From Harriotta raleighana (lineage: Eukaryota): a stretch of DNA of 64,000 nucleotides. Below, piece by piece: positions 27,201 through 40,660 of the stretch (the stretch's first letter is position 1; each line of letters begins with the position of its first letter). The notes below the pieces were generated by a model. It ran no database searches. It had not been told where the DNA came from and saw only the letters and a list, made by a program, of their open reading frames with translations. The DNA is taken from contig JBNZDD010013726.1 in assembly GCA_050575255.1 (NCBI GenBank), forward strand, positions 5,106,968 to 5,170,967, in the 5' to 3' direction. A program made the position numbers and the translations under genes.

Positions 27201-28472
27201 CAAATTCAAGATAATACCATGCAGATTTATCACCTGCCACAAAGATAACGTCTTTTTAACGAATTTTTAATAAGGAGCTCTATATTATTTGAAAATGCAA
27301 AATAATATACAGCTATCTCTTTTAAGGGTATCACATGTACAATGCAGTAAAAATACTTTGGCTTTGACAAAGAATTCAATATCTATTGTTGCACATTCCA
27401 TGTGATGCTGTTCATGCAAGAGATTGCTTTAATACCTTAATGGAAAATGGGCACACAACTAAGAGGAAATGAGTGCTGTGTCAATTTTGTTCTTCAAAAG
27501 AGGCCTAAAGCCAGGAGTGAACTTGATCTTTTCAAAGGTTCTTCGCAAATTTCAATAGAAAAAATGCATTCAAAACCTTGTCTCATTTCTCTGACTTAAC
27601 TTTGCAGGGTGATAAAACTGCTTAAAAAGTAACAATGTGTATTAAAACTTTATCATTTCAGAATATAAATCGTTTTTGCAGCACAAATGTGTTCAAATAT
27701 AACTTCCAGGTAAAATATTTTTCCAGATATCTTTTATTTATACTGTAATTTTAAGATAGGATTTTAAAAAAATAGTGTATTCAATATAGTTTTAAGAATA
27801 TACTAATGTACATCTTGATTTTGCTCCTGACATGCTATTGCAGTCTTCATATGGAGAGAAAAGATTCTGTGTATCTGTAGATCCATAGAGTGTTGCTTCT
27901 ATAGGTTCATACATGCTGTGCAAAATTTCAGTCAAACCATACTATTCCTTTTCGCTCAGTGGTCAAATTTCATTCCAGAATAAAGTAACAATTAAGATCA
28001 CAGAATAAAACTTTATTGATTTCAATTGGGGCCCTGTTAATACATCGAACAAAGATCAAAATTTGTCTTGAAGAACATTCTTCATATTTCAATCATTGAT
28101 AATAACTATGTGCAGTTTATTCTGATGAATTCTATGCAGCAAAACCCCTGAGGTATTTTGACTGGATCAGATTTAACTTGTGTAATATGCATTGTTATAC
28201 GGTAACATGAACAGTTGTGGTCAACGAACTGTATGCCATTACCCTATATTACCCATTTTTCCAGCCTTTGATTGTCTCCCTGTACCCACTCAGTTTTCCA
28301 CTTCACAGCCACCATTGAAATCCTTTGCCCGCAGCAGTGCTAACCATCATACAGTACAGTACAATGTGCATCTTCCCCAGGTGTGAAAAATTGTGCAAAT
28401 TAAACTGGGTGACATACATATGTTTGGGCTCATTAAATTCTCTTCTCAAGTGTACTTGCTCTTGTGTTTCAG

Positions 28473-28511
28473 TATTTTGAATGCTGCTTCCAATAACACA
28501 GCACCAGCTAA
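28473..28511 (+). CDS. FAM13C: Probable 5' FAM13C exon: 39 nt internal, or first coding exon from in-frame ATG 28420
   Basis: cttgtgtttcag|T ATT TTG...GCT AA|gtaatt; the only open frame is phase 2/2 and joins exon 29768 in frame; CFSILNAASNNTAPAK has the same length to the donor as recalled human CFSLQDNSFSSTTVTE. Confidence 0.45.
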
Positions 28512-29767
28512 GTAATTATTACTTTCCATCTGATTTTGTGTTTAGAGTATTTTACTGGCATTATTGGAAAAAAATCATTAAAATGAGTTCTGTGATGCTT
28601 TAACAGAAAGCTGACACTAAAGATGATATCAAATCAAAGCTCCAGAAAAATTATTGTGATAAATACTTAGAATTCCGGTAAAGGCTTTAAACTCTGATCT
28701 TAAGTGATCTGGATATTTTTTCTGTTTATTATCATGTCCACAGAACACAGTTACTGGAGGTAACGCTGTATTTTGTGAGGCTCTTACAGATGTCCTCCCG
28801 ATGTGAAAGGCGCTGGGCCGTGTAAGGATTAATATTAATATGAATCTCATCATTGACGTACATTTTCTCCTGTGTGTAACAATGTAGATCATGAGTGCCT
28901 TCGTACAAGAGATGCTGGGATCTGGAGATGTTGAGATTCTAATATTACTCCTCTACCGACTCTAGGGTGCACCTTTCACCACATCTTAAAAAGTGTTCTG
29001 CAATTTGTTGGCATAATATGTGTGGCACTCGATAGCATTTTGTTTTACTGAAACACTTGAGGCCCTGTAAACCTCCTCCCCCCCCCACCCCCACTTTGAT
29101 TCAATCGGGTATGACATTACACTTCTGTGACATCATTAAAGTGACCTGTCAATCAGTAAGGACAACATGCAGCCAATCAGCCACCAGCATAATACTGTAT
29201 TGCATGTAGTTGAACAAGATGTGGCAGTATCTACTGATTTGCCCATGGAGGGAGGTTGGTGATCTCTCTCACACTTGGCACTGGATCACTCACTGCTATT
29301 CCTTCCAAGTAACATCTTTCTTCCAGAGCCTCTTGACAAAACAGTTAAGTTTTCACTGTTACGACTTGTGGCCCTCTGTGCAAACATACTCCAGAGAGGA
29401 CGAGGGAAAACAAATTCTTCTCTTTTATTATCCGATGAAGGTGTGGGACAAGATCATTTTTGTGCATGAGAAACATTTTGCACTTCTATCACAGGGTGCG
29501 AACAAGCGAGAGCCAGATCCACGACTAAATCTTTTCCTGCATTTCCTATTGGCATGAGACCAACAGCCACACCAACAGGACGATGCCCGTAGACTTCAAG
29601 AAATGTAAGATCCCTTCGCACCACCACCGAACACAGAACTGCTTTGCATATCTGTTCCATCTCAGCAAGTTTTGAAACGTCATTGAGACCTAGAAAATGT
29701 TGTTATGTGTTTTGTATGTTTCTGGCCTGTCATTTATGAAATTTTCTTTCTTATTCTCTTGGTGTAG

Positions 29768-29978
29768 GGATGAGATAAATGAGGAGCACTTCCCATGCAA
29801 TTCTGTTGTCGGTGGAGATTGTGGTGTCGCACCGAGAGATGCCTTGCAGCACACTGAAAAGAAGGCATTCAAAAATCAATATGAGGACAATCAAAACCCC
29901 AAACGATCAAAACCAGACTCTCGATTAAATTCAGCACAACAGCGGGATGTGAGTTCATTGAAATGCTTGAAAGACACG
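29768..29978 (+). CDS. FAM13C: FAM13C exon (human exon 3 equivalent), 211 nt; alternative donor after 29948
   Basis: Pyrimidine tract, gtag|G GAT GAG; DEINEEHFPC...NPKRSKPDSRL resembles human DENNKENYPD...NFKSRKPKSIF; ends phase 0. Confidence 0.7.
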
Positions 29979-30049
29979 GTATATTTTTAGGCATGCGTGA
30001 AATCAAAAGAAAGTTATTTGAGGGATTGTTGGAAAAATTCCCTTTTCTT

Positions 30050-30232
30050 TTCTTTGGCATGGGATCTTTATAACATCCGCCAGACCCTTGGTTTAAGGTC
30101 TCTTCCAAAGTGTGGCACCTGCAACAACACAAGAGTGTCAGCTTTGACTGTGATTTCAAATAGAAATGGAGCTTGAGCCTATGACCTCTGACTCAGAGGC
30201 CAGAGTACAACCAACTGAATCAAGCTGATACT
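30050..30232 (-). mobile_element. Deu-type SINE fragment
   Basis: ggatctttataacatcc...ggtttaaggtctcttccaaag...gagcttgagcctatgacctctgactcagagg. Confidence 0.55.
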
Positions 30233-33200
30233 TGAAATAATATTGTACATTATTTCTCTTCAAGTCATGACCATAATGCTCACTGTTATGCACAGGAGTG
30301 CAGCACTCCATTTTTCTGTTTGCACTTACTGCAGTGAAATCCTAATAATGTTGTAAATAGGGTAAATTTAGCAACTCCCAGGCCCTCAGAATGCTTTTGG
30401 ATGTGCACTTGGAAGTGACCCAATTTTTGCATGCTTTATTCTGAATGTGCCTCGATTGAATCAAAGTGGGGGGTGGTGGGGGAAGGGGAGGTTTACAGGG
30501 TCTCAAGTGTTTCATCTTGTGCCTCGAATATGTCGCCATTTATTTTCTCTAAATTTTCTTTATTCATCTATTTCCGTTGAAAAGCCAGAGACTTAAGTTT
30601 ATTCTATTTTTATTTTAAAAAATCTATTTCAGATTTACTTGCAAAAGCATCCAAGTACATTCACAGTGTGGTGGTCATACGCTGGAGAGAGTCTATCTTT
30701 AACATTCGAAATGTCTTCCTCCATATAGTAGGTAGTATTTCTTCCTGCATTGCCAGGAGATCATGCTGACTCAATACTAGAAAGACTTTCCTGTAAATTA
30801 CTCCACTGGGACACATTATGAATGTCTGTTCTCGTAATGCAACGGAAGTAATACTCACAGCAATCACATGCATTGGAGCACTAGTTGGCACATTCCATTT
30901 CAAAATGTCTGCACCAAAATGTAAGACAAAATGACAAAAGATATTTAATGTTTCTCTGAACTTGCATTACACAAATAGGATAGATGACAAGTGCCACCCT
31001 AATAGCATTTTGTTTTCCACTGAACCTCTGATCCAAATTGAACAGATACATTTCCTAAAGGAATAGCATCATTTTTCATTCATCGGGTATGTGTGTGTAT
31101 TCAGTGATCAAAAATGTTCAACCCAGTCAATACTCTAGATAAATGGGATCTGTTCTGGTAAATATATCAATCAATAAATCTGAATTAGAAACTAAAGGTG
31201 GCAAAAAATATTTGAGTAAGAATTGCATGAAGCTGGCTTGACTCCAATTTCATATTGCTCTACAAAGAAACTGTTTATGATTAAAGAAACAATTAAGGCC
31301 ATTGTTGATTGTGCTATTAATTTTGTATGATTCACTCTGCACCAGGATGTAATTGGGGTTATTCTAAAGGCCAGCTTTATAATTAAAGAATGTTGCAACA
31401 TTTTTGAACAATACTTCAATTTTCTATATATATATATACATATATATATATACTTGAAATAACTCCCAGATTTATGAATGGTGGCCCACTGCTTCTTGAA
31501 GGACAAAGCAGTTAAATTTGTCAATGCCTTTCGTAATTCTGTTCACTTGGTCTTTGTTCAAGTCTAATATTTGGCGAGATTAATGTTTTCCTCCTAGGTA
31601 TGACGTACAAGGCGAGCAAATGAAATTGATCGGAATTGTGCAACTTTTAAATCATTAAAGCAATAGAAATTTAGTCATAGCAATAGGGATGTCTAATCAT
31701 TTATCAGTGCACTAAACTGCCACAAACCCATCACTGGATAAATGCGTAAGTAGAAACTAATGGATTAGTCACAGACTTTTGTATTGTGAGTAGGCAGTGC
31801 ATGAGGTGGGGGGGAAGAAATGCTTACACTCTACAAAAGGTAAATCAATAAAACAAATCAATTTCATTTCAATCAAACTGAGGTTTTGTCTCAGGCATTA
31901 ATATACTTGTAATAATCACGGTATATTTGGGGGATGGAGAGTCCTAAGTGGAGAGTCACATTTTCATATAAATCAAAAGCATTTTTGTGGAGAGAGATCT
32001 CTCATTCAGAAACAACAATTTTACACGTGGGGGAAGTTTTCAAACACTTTCCAAAGACTGTGTTTGTTGGGAGGGTAGATAAAGAGGGGTGGAGAGAAGG
32101 ATTGGAGGTATAGTCATATCTACATCTTTCTATGAATTTTGAAAGTAGAGAGAAAGAGATAGGAACAAGGTGGAAAGATTTCAGAAAACAGTTGAGGATG
32201 GGGCCAAAGGGATTGAAAACTCATTGTGTGGGGATGTTGGGATAGAACAAGTTTGTGCTAGGCTTGTGATAGAGATAACGGAATGGATGGGGTTGTTTGG
32301 GGAGTGAAGCTTGAAGCTTTAATCAGAGTTAAAGTGGAGAAAGGCCATGGATGCATTTGAAAGTAAGGATAAAGACTTATAGTTGATTCACTAGAAGAAA
32401 GATAGCTGAGCAAGGGCAAGAGTGATGGGCTCATAGAGCTTAATTCAGGAGAAAATCCAGGCTGCTGAGTTCCAGGTGACCTTTTAATTTGTGTGTTTTA
32501 CAACCATAGAATGTTAGGCCAGTGAAACAGACTATTCAGCTCATCAAATCTCCGATGATGTTTTTCTCCACGTGAATCCTCATGTTTTTCTCCACACTGT
32601 ACTTCCTGTTTCCCAGTTCTACAATAATATTACACTAGATATTGTCTTAACCAATTAGACCACCAGGAACTGAGAGGAATGATTTTTTCACTATAATTGC
32701 TAATCAAGCAATCTGTTCTTCTATGTATAAATAATCTTGGTATTTTATGAGTTGTGAAATTAATCTGCAATACAGTATACTGTAGCATTTTTATTGTGGC
32801 TGAGAGTTGCAGAGTAGGATTTGGAAAGCAGGATATATTTGTTCTCACAGTAGATCGTTCCTATTTTAGAAATTATGCAAGTTATTTCCTTGATACTCTT
32901 GGGGAAAATAGATGGCTTTAACTCCTATGTGAAAATGGGGGGGAAATGTTTTTTTGGCAACATTGCCAAGCTTACTGATTGGACTCGATATTTCTTCATT
33001 AACCATTTGTGTTTGGCATCATTTGTCTGCTGTGAAGATTAATCTACTAATCTATTTGCTGCTAAAATCCTGCTGATTTATTTCTCCAATTTGTTTCTGC
33101 ATATCAGGCTTGAGTCTGTAATATCAGGGTTGAGTCTGTAATATCGGACAGAAGTATTTCTTCAACTACACATTGAAAAACTGGAATAAAAAAAAGATAG

Positions 33201-33339
33201 AGAAACAGCAGAATAAACCTGTCCAAAGAATAAAATGATTACACGGTAGAAAAGCGCACAGAAAGTTCCTGAAATGGTCATACATTACTTTTCATATCAT
33301 ATTAAAATATACAATTTCTTAATGGAATTAACCACAACA

Positions 33340-33700
33340 AATTATATTTGTATAACACCTATCACATTGGGAGGATGTCCCAAAGTACTGGACAGTCTTG
33401 GATTTGCACCTGAGCTAGGGTTAGGATTAAGCAGAGTTGAGGACAGGAAAGGTAGGGGTAGAGGAGTCACTGAAGGTGCAGTCAAAGAGGAAGGTCTGGA
33501 AGGAGAAAATGGAGAGGACGAGAAGAAGGGACTGTGGTATAGGGTTCAAAATAGAATGGTTGAAGGCCTGACCGCTAATCAGGGACAGAATATGTAGGAG
33601 ACGTAGAACAGACCAGAGTTTACCAAGCTTTAATTTCTCTTTTCCAAACAAAAGTCTTTGAAAACTTTGAGTGTAAAGTACTTTGATCTTGAATCTCATG
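33340..33700 (-). mobile_element. L2 LINE 3' fragment
   Basis: acaacaaattatatttgtataacacctatcacattgggaggatgtcccaaag is the reversed L2 terminus. Confidence 0.65.
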
Positions 33701-34895
33701 AAAATCTGTTTGAATATACAATAGACATTTTGTGCTTAGCAGGCTAAGAGTTAATACTTCCCACTGCACAGTGTTTCTCTGCTCTTTCCAAAGGAGTTGC
33801 CAACTAGAAATCCTTTAAAGAAGGATTAAGTATCCTTGATTCGAGCCACCTCTGCCTCAAATAGTATTTGATGTCACTTGATGAAATCGTAGGGCTGTGA
33901 TTTCAAATGTATTTCAATAAAAACTTTATTAGAGCTCAATAGATTCTCCTCCAACATCGACCCCATGACTCAGCTCCAATTCACATATTAGGCCAGTAGT
34001 GCAGTGTTACAATCGAAAAACAAGATATTCAATGTAACTCATTGTGTCTGGGTAGTAAGTGAAAAAGTGCGTAATTACATACAGGGAACAACCAAGAATT
34101 TCAGTAGATATTCTGCTGCTTTTAGGTTGAGTCACTGAGCTAACATTTGTACACCAGTAACTGTATGACTCACTGCTGCAGTAAGCAGTGTTCCTGGCTG
34201 CGATTATTCCATCTCGTACAGATGCCAGCGTCCTGGCAATTGAGGAGTTTGCTTGACCTGTTATGGAGAATAAGTGGGAAAGGAGTGAATCTCCTTTATA
34301 GTTACTTCATAGTAAATACCTGAAGTTTACCATGTGAATATTTTACCAATGCCATATTGTATGTGTTTAAGCAACTGTGTGAGATTAAATAATTGCAATA
34401 ATGTATATTCCATGATTATATAAACAGCCATACATAACATCCATCAACAGCTATTTGACATAGTTGTGGACAGCTATGTTTAGCAAACAAGGAGATTAAA
34501 AAACATCATTAGCAATATGCCAACTGTAGAGCACTAAGAAAAAAAATCAAGAATGTTAGTAACAAGTGAGTATTGTAATTAGAATAAAATTATATTAAAT
34601 CTTCTAGCACAAGAAAAGTTTTTAAAAATCCATGATGAGATTTTTTGGGATATGATACTGTACTGGATTTTTCTGGCAGTGTGTCATTACAGCTAGATCA
34701 GTAGCAGCAGCAGTAGTTTGGCTCTCTACCAGATTTATACCAAGTTACAAAACAGGCAGATATCTTCTCGTCATTAAATGTTGACTGTGCCCCAAATATG
34801 ACATTCACAAGTTCCAGTTTGTATCAGTCTCACTTTTTGGAACCTCACGCCATGAATATGACCATTGCCCTTTGTTGCTCTTTTTGCTGTTGTAG

Positions 34896-35014
34896 GAGAT
34901 GAAGCGGAGAACTTTCTCACTGCTAGACTGTCGAGGTAGCACAGAGATGACTGTCATTGAATATGCCCAAGAGGTTACACTCAAAAACGAAGAAAACTCT
35001 AAAGTCTATAACAG
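34896..35014 (+). CDS. FAM13C: FAM13C exon (human exon 4 equivalent), 119 nt
   Basis: Long pyrimidine tract, tgtag|GAG ATG...AAC AG|gtctg; open frame EMKRRTFSLLDCRGSTEMTVIEYAQEVTLKNEENSKVYN; phases 0/2 fit both neighbours; protein similarity weak. Confidence 0.65.
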
Positions 35015-37409
35015 GTCTGTTGTTAATGGTTTTTCAGTCTTTCATAGATATACTCTTCAGTAACTTCAAGTAGTTGGTCTTTATGTCTAATGGAAACATT
35101 CGTTGTGACATTATGTAAGGATTAGAATTAGTATTAACTGTAACTGAAATACTTTGAATTAGTTACTTGTTTTTATACATTTAAAAGTTCGCAATTACTT
35201 CTCTTACTCAAAGTGACATGTCATTTTTCTCTGTATACAAACACAGATTGTCAATATTTTGGCAAATCACTCCATGAGTGTTATGTTATGACACAAGAAA
35301 AATAAAATCTGTATAGAATTTTACTGAGAATTTCCTGTTTGGAATGAGTTCATGTTAGTTGGAGAGACCATTTCTATACTATAGGAGATTACTTTAATCT
35401 CACACTACAGGCATTTTGTGGATTAACAGTTCTTTGGATGTACTCTATCTTCAAAACATTGTATTTCCAGCATGAATATGACTTTGAAGGTCAATATTAT
35501 GTCGAACATTTAGAATGAATATTTATTGTTTACAGACTGAGGCCATTTATTGATTCCACAAAGGTCTTTCTAGAGGTGCCAAAATTCAATATAAGATGTT
35601 TCAAATTCCACAATCCATCTTTACAAAAGCTTTTCAAAATGCCCCAGTCTATGATATGTCAAAAATTACTTAAGGTCTGTAATCAATAAAGAAATAAAAT
35701 AATCTTGCTTTGTTCGAACCCAAACTCAGTTTTCTTTCTCAAATGGTTCACAGTAGAAACATTGTTCTACAGGAAGAGAACACTTTCAATTGCATTAAAT
35801 AATTTAATCTATTTATGTCCAGATACAATTTTAGATTAAAATTACAACTATTTTGTATCCCAATGTTCAGTTCTCTGAAGCAGTTAGGTGAATCAGATTG
35901 TATTGTGCAATTTGGCAGATTAAAATACATTTAATATTTTTTATATTATTATTGATTTTTAATGTTTCTGATATTACGGTATGTAGGATACACTTGTGAA
36001 TTTTAATTCTGAATGTTTTTATTGTTTCATATTGTTCAGAGATTTTTGTTTAACAATGCTAGAAATTAGGGCATAAAAGACCCAATTTGAGAAATGCTTA
36101 TATGTTGAGATCAATATCATCTATGGCACGTTCTTCCTTTTGTGTTTGATTCCAGTATTCTAAAATTAACCAAGGTAGTAACTTCTACACTTAAACACCT
36201 GAGGAGAAGTAGATTCCCAAGCCTTTTTTCTATATTTTGAAATCTGATATTTTGATTTTAATTTTTTCAGAACATCTTCTGGAACTATATTCCATCACCA
36301 AAAAAACTAGAATTTCTAGAGCGTCTTTCACCTATGTAAGAGTGTCTTTAATTGCATCAGAAAATGAAATAGTAAATTAAGTTATAAACATTTAAACCAA
36401 TCATGAGATTCGGATGGTATTCTGAACTATTTAAGATTAAATTGCTTCACTTTAATCAATTCTTACACTAGTATTTTACAACATAATGTGCCATACATGA
36501 TTTTTAACAAGAATCTGCATTTTTAAAAGACTTCAGGAGCAGTGCTGAACAACACTGACAGGAGGGAACTGTAATCTTTTCAGATTTTCAGATTTAACCA
36601 ATGGAAACTGATAAAACACCAATGGTACAAAAAACATGAAATATGGTTCCAACAACAATTCCTCCTAATATATATATATACATACAGGAAACAGTAAAAT
36701 TACACAAAAAAGTAGACCCCCTCAAAAATTAAATTGATAAACCCTGAAATCAGAAGCCCTTATAACTCATAGGCCATAACTTATAACAAAACTGAAGGTG
36801 CCGCATCTGTCTTATGGAAAATGTCTTATGCAAAATGGAAATCGCCTGCTCGATCATTTTGTAGCTCAATTATTAGTTGCTAGAAAAGTCACCAATATCA
36901 GTTTGTGTATTCTGTTGATTTTATTCATATGTTTATACCATATATTCTGTTGATTTTATTATATTGGGATCACATTGGTTTTTGGGTTGGTTAGAACAGA
37001 CCTTGGTGTTGTATGATAGCACACTGTGAGAAGACACCTAGCATGTGCTGAAAGATAGAGGAAAGACTTGAAGATCTTGTGAAGGACAATTTTAATTTGA
37101 ATTTTACTCTCACGTACCTCCTTGTGGCCAGTTAAAGAGCTGAGTTGTCAGATATCTGGGAGCAAGTCACATACACACACACATACAGATTACCATGTGA
37201 TTTTCTGGAAGCTGAAGGAATAGTTTTTTTTTAAAAACTAAAAGTGATTGTATGGAGAACTTTTTTTTCTAAAAAGCAAGAGAGGCAAATAAAAAAATCT
37301 AATAAGGTAAGTGTTGACTCGAGAGTTTTTCTACATGCTATTTTCTTTATACAGACTTTGAAGATCATGTTTTACAAACAACCTAAATATAACTTGACCT
37401 TTATTCTAG

Positions 37410-37479
37410 ACAGAACAGCACCGAGTCACCAATAGATGGACAAGAAGAAGCTTCACAGCTAATACAGGAATCCAAGGAG
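37410..37479 (+). CDS. FAM13C: FAM13C exon (human exon 5 equivalent), 70 nt
   Basis: ttattctag|A CAG AAC...AAG GAG|gtaggg; (R)QNSTESPIDGQEEASQLIQESKE; phases 2/0 bridge 35014 to 42405. Confidence 0.6.
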
Positions 37480-39339
37480 GTAGGGTGACGAACACAAATT
37501 AAAATAATTTTGCAGTTATCTTTTGGAGAGTATACTTACAAACCTTATTAAGAAGTGCAGCTCTTCAGTTGTTTACAAATATTTAAAGCCATGTTGACTC
37601 ACCTTTTCAGAATACTCTATACTTATTGGTTCTTAAATTGTTATTTTGAGAGAAAGAAGATGTAATTTTAATTTGCTCACAAAATAAACAGTCAAAACAT
37701 TTCACAATGTATCCTATGAAGCCTTTGAGATGTCTCAATAATTTGATCTGGTGCTATATCAAATTCAAGTAATATTATTATGTGCACTTTCTACCAAAAA
37801 TTGAGTTAACCTCGGTGTCTGTCAGAATTTGGGAATAAAAATGTTAGACGTATAATCTTCTGACAGAGAAATTCAGCTAACTGTGTCAGATTGCCAAAAG
37901 AGCTATCCAATCAGTCCTACTCCCTTGCCTTTATCAATACAGTACCTTTTTATATTTTTCTTTTTCAAGTATTTGTCTATTTCTCTTTTAAAGGCTATTT
38001 TTGGTATGTCATTTCACGGTCTAATGTATTGTATGTAAAAGAAAACCTCATAATCTCTCTTTATTTTATTGGTAGTTAGCATCAATATCCTGTTTAATAT
38101 TGTTTTAATGTCAGGAACATGCTTGCTATTCAGCATTACAGTTTGTATATCCTTAAACGTGGCTGAGAACAGAAAGGGATTCATTGCAATTGTGCTCGCA
38201 GACATAACAACAATAACAACTTGGTAGATCCCAATCTGAACAAATTAGATACGTTTCGCTATATTTCTTTAATTTGGCATTTTCATTGCATCACAAATAA
38301 TACCATACATAGAATAGAGGAGGAGTCTTACATTCCTGTCAACAGAAAATAAATACTAACGCTGCAAATATCCATTTTTAATGACTAGTGGCAAAACTGC
38401 ACTTAATGGAGTAGCAACATTGGAATTACTAAGTGGTTGAAAATCAAATATCAAATCTTTGGTAGTGCATTGAAAGACACTTCAAGAGGAAGCCATCCAT
38501 CACACTATTCCCCAGAGTGGAAAAAATCTAAATCCATTTGCCACATTGCAGCAAAAAAACAACTGTCATCAATGTTTACAAAATTTACAAATAATACAAC
38601 AATTAAAGCAAATACTTCCACAAATTACATGAAATATTTCAAGATAAGAAATAAATATTAATTTTTTCACAATTCTCAATGTAGTGTTCTGGATCAATAC
38701 TCAAGAGTAATAACACCTGAACTTTTAGCTCATTGACATGTTTGAGTTTTTATAATACGTAATACATATGCATAACTTATACAATATATTAAATGTCCTT
38801 GGTGACATGAGTGATGTAATTGGGCTATAGATTCACATCATTCGAATGTCAAACAGAATGATGATCATTATTCCTAAAACTTCATTTCAGTATCTGCAAT
38901 AATTGAGCTAAAGTGAATAAATAAATTTTTATTTGAACTAAAGTAAATAAAGTAAATATCATTTCATTGAGTTTCTAATTAATTTCATTTGAATTGTTAT
39001 GTCAACTCTGAGGAAGAGTTTCTTCCGTGAGAAAGAAACTGAAGAAGAAAATATTACCATAGTGCTGAGATACCATGATACTCTGTGCTCCATTTATGCT
39101 GTTTCCTGCTGACTTCAGTACTCTATTACAGTAGTTTGATACCATCGCGTGTGGGAAAGTCAATGTAATTATCGTGTATTTGTCCTATTGTGGGGAGAAT
39201 CGATACATCAGTTTATGTTTACTAGCTATCTTTCTTTTCACTTCTACTTGTTGTCCTTTAGTTGCTTATTTAATAAACATAGCCGAGAAAGTTGGACGTT
39301 TGAGGGAATAAATATCTTTTGTTTTCTGGAGGAAAGTAA

Positions 39340-39690
39340 TAATAAAATAATAATCCTTGCATTTGTTACAAGGCTTACCCCGTTGTTGAGGCATTTCAAA
39401 GTGCTTCACAGGATAGCCTGTAAAGAGGTTTGACTTTTTATTTCACGGGCAAAATTGGCAGACAGTTTGTGTCCTGCAATCAATTTGAGTGACCTTTGTA
39501 TTTGAGGAATTGCTGGCCAGAACACCAGGAGAAACTCCCTTCTCTGATCATTAACATCCACATGAACAGGCAGACAAGAGGTTGGTTTAATATTACACAT
39601 GAAGGACAGCCCCTTCCTCCATGTGAAACAATGCCACACTGCGTCCTCCAACAATGGAGTGTCCTCTTAGACAATGTGATTCCAAGTCTC
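39340..39690 (-). mobile_element. Deu-type SINE with L2-like tail
   Basis: aataataatccttgcatttg tail; ctggccagaacaccaggagaaactccc and ggtttaatattacacatgaaggacagc core motifs. Confidence 0.6.
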
Positions 39691-40362
39691 GATGTGAGGC
39701 AAAGGCAAGGGAGTGGGGAGGGGAGGGAGAGAGTTGGTAATGTGGCAGAAAGCACGATCAAAAAGGAGGGTCTTGAGACTGGCCTTGAAGGAGGCAAGAG
39801 AGGAAGCGAGGTGAAGGGACTGTGGAGTTCCAATGTGGGGGCTGACTGAAAGCCTGCCCACCGATTGTAGGACGGGTTGGGCAAGAACATGGAGCAGACT
39901 GGAGCCCACTGAATGGAAGGGGTGGGCAGGTTGATAGGGAGTCAGCAGGGCGGACAGATAGGAGAGGCCATGAATGGCTTTGAAAGTATGGACGAGGATC
40001 TTGAATTTGATCCTCTGGAGATTGGGGAGCCAATAGAGCAGGGCAAGGGTAGGAGTGATATGGTTGTGGAGCTTAGTGTGGGAGAGGACACAAGCTGCAG
40101 AGTTCTGAATGATCTGCAGCTCGTGAAGGGAAGAGCCGACAAGGCCGACAAGGAGTGAGTTTCCATAATCAAGCCTTGATGTGACGAACGCGTGAATGAG
40201 GGTTTCGGCATCCTGAGAGGTCAGGCAGTGGTGGAGTCTGGCAATGTTAGTGATGGTGGAAGGCAGTGCTGGTCAGGGCATGGATATGAGAGTGGAACAA
40301 GACACCCGGGTTCCATGAGATGGAGGGTGCAGCCTTGATTGCTGATGCTGTCAGCGCCTGAG
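39690..40362 (-). mobile_element. L2 LINE RT C-terminal fragment, frameshifted
   Basis: Minus strand gives AETLIHAFVTSRLDYGNSLLVGL-like and LHWLPI..RIKFKIL-like L2 motifs; homologous to 62530-63462. Confidence 0.85.
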
Positions 40363-40364
40363 GG

Positions 40365-40660
40365 CAACAACAGCAGCAACAAAATTACACTTATATAGCG
40401 CCTTTCATGTCGGGAGGACGTCCCAAAGCGCTGAACAGTCAGATCGGGACCCGAGCCGGGGGAGGGAGGGGGTCGGGGGAAGGGAAAGGAGAGTGGGAGA
40501 GGGGGAAGAGTCGGGGGGGGGGTTGCCGAAGAAGTGTTCGAAGAGGACCAGCCTTGAAGGAGGAAAGGGAGGAAGCAAGACGGAGGGACTGCGTGATGGA
40601 GTTCCATAGTGTGGGGGCAGGGAGGGCAGAGGCGCTGACGCAAGCAAATCAGGAGGGTCT
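40365..40660 (-). mobile_element. L2 LINE 3' end (second insertion)
   Basis: caacaacagcagcaacaaaattacacttatatagcgcctttcatgtcgggaggacgtcccaaagcgctg is the reverse of the terminus at 1-132. Confidence 0.8.

Noticed and set aside
36271-36335. 65-nt exon-like segment (tttttcag ... at|gtaaga) in a FAM13C intron
   Set aside because: In the frame set by exon 34896-35014 it reaches TAG; exon 37410-37479 fits the phases instead. Minor poison-exon use is not excluded
33100-36965. Short two-copy tandem duplications (about 20 nt near 33105, about 33 nt near 36910; also 14 nt near 4491)
   Set aside because: Ordinary replication-slippage products
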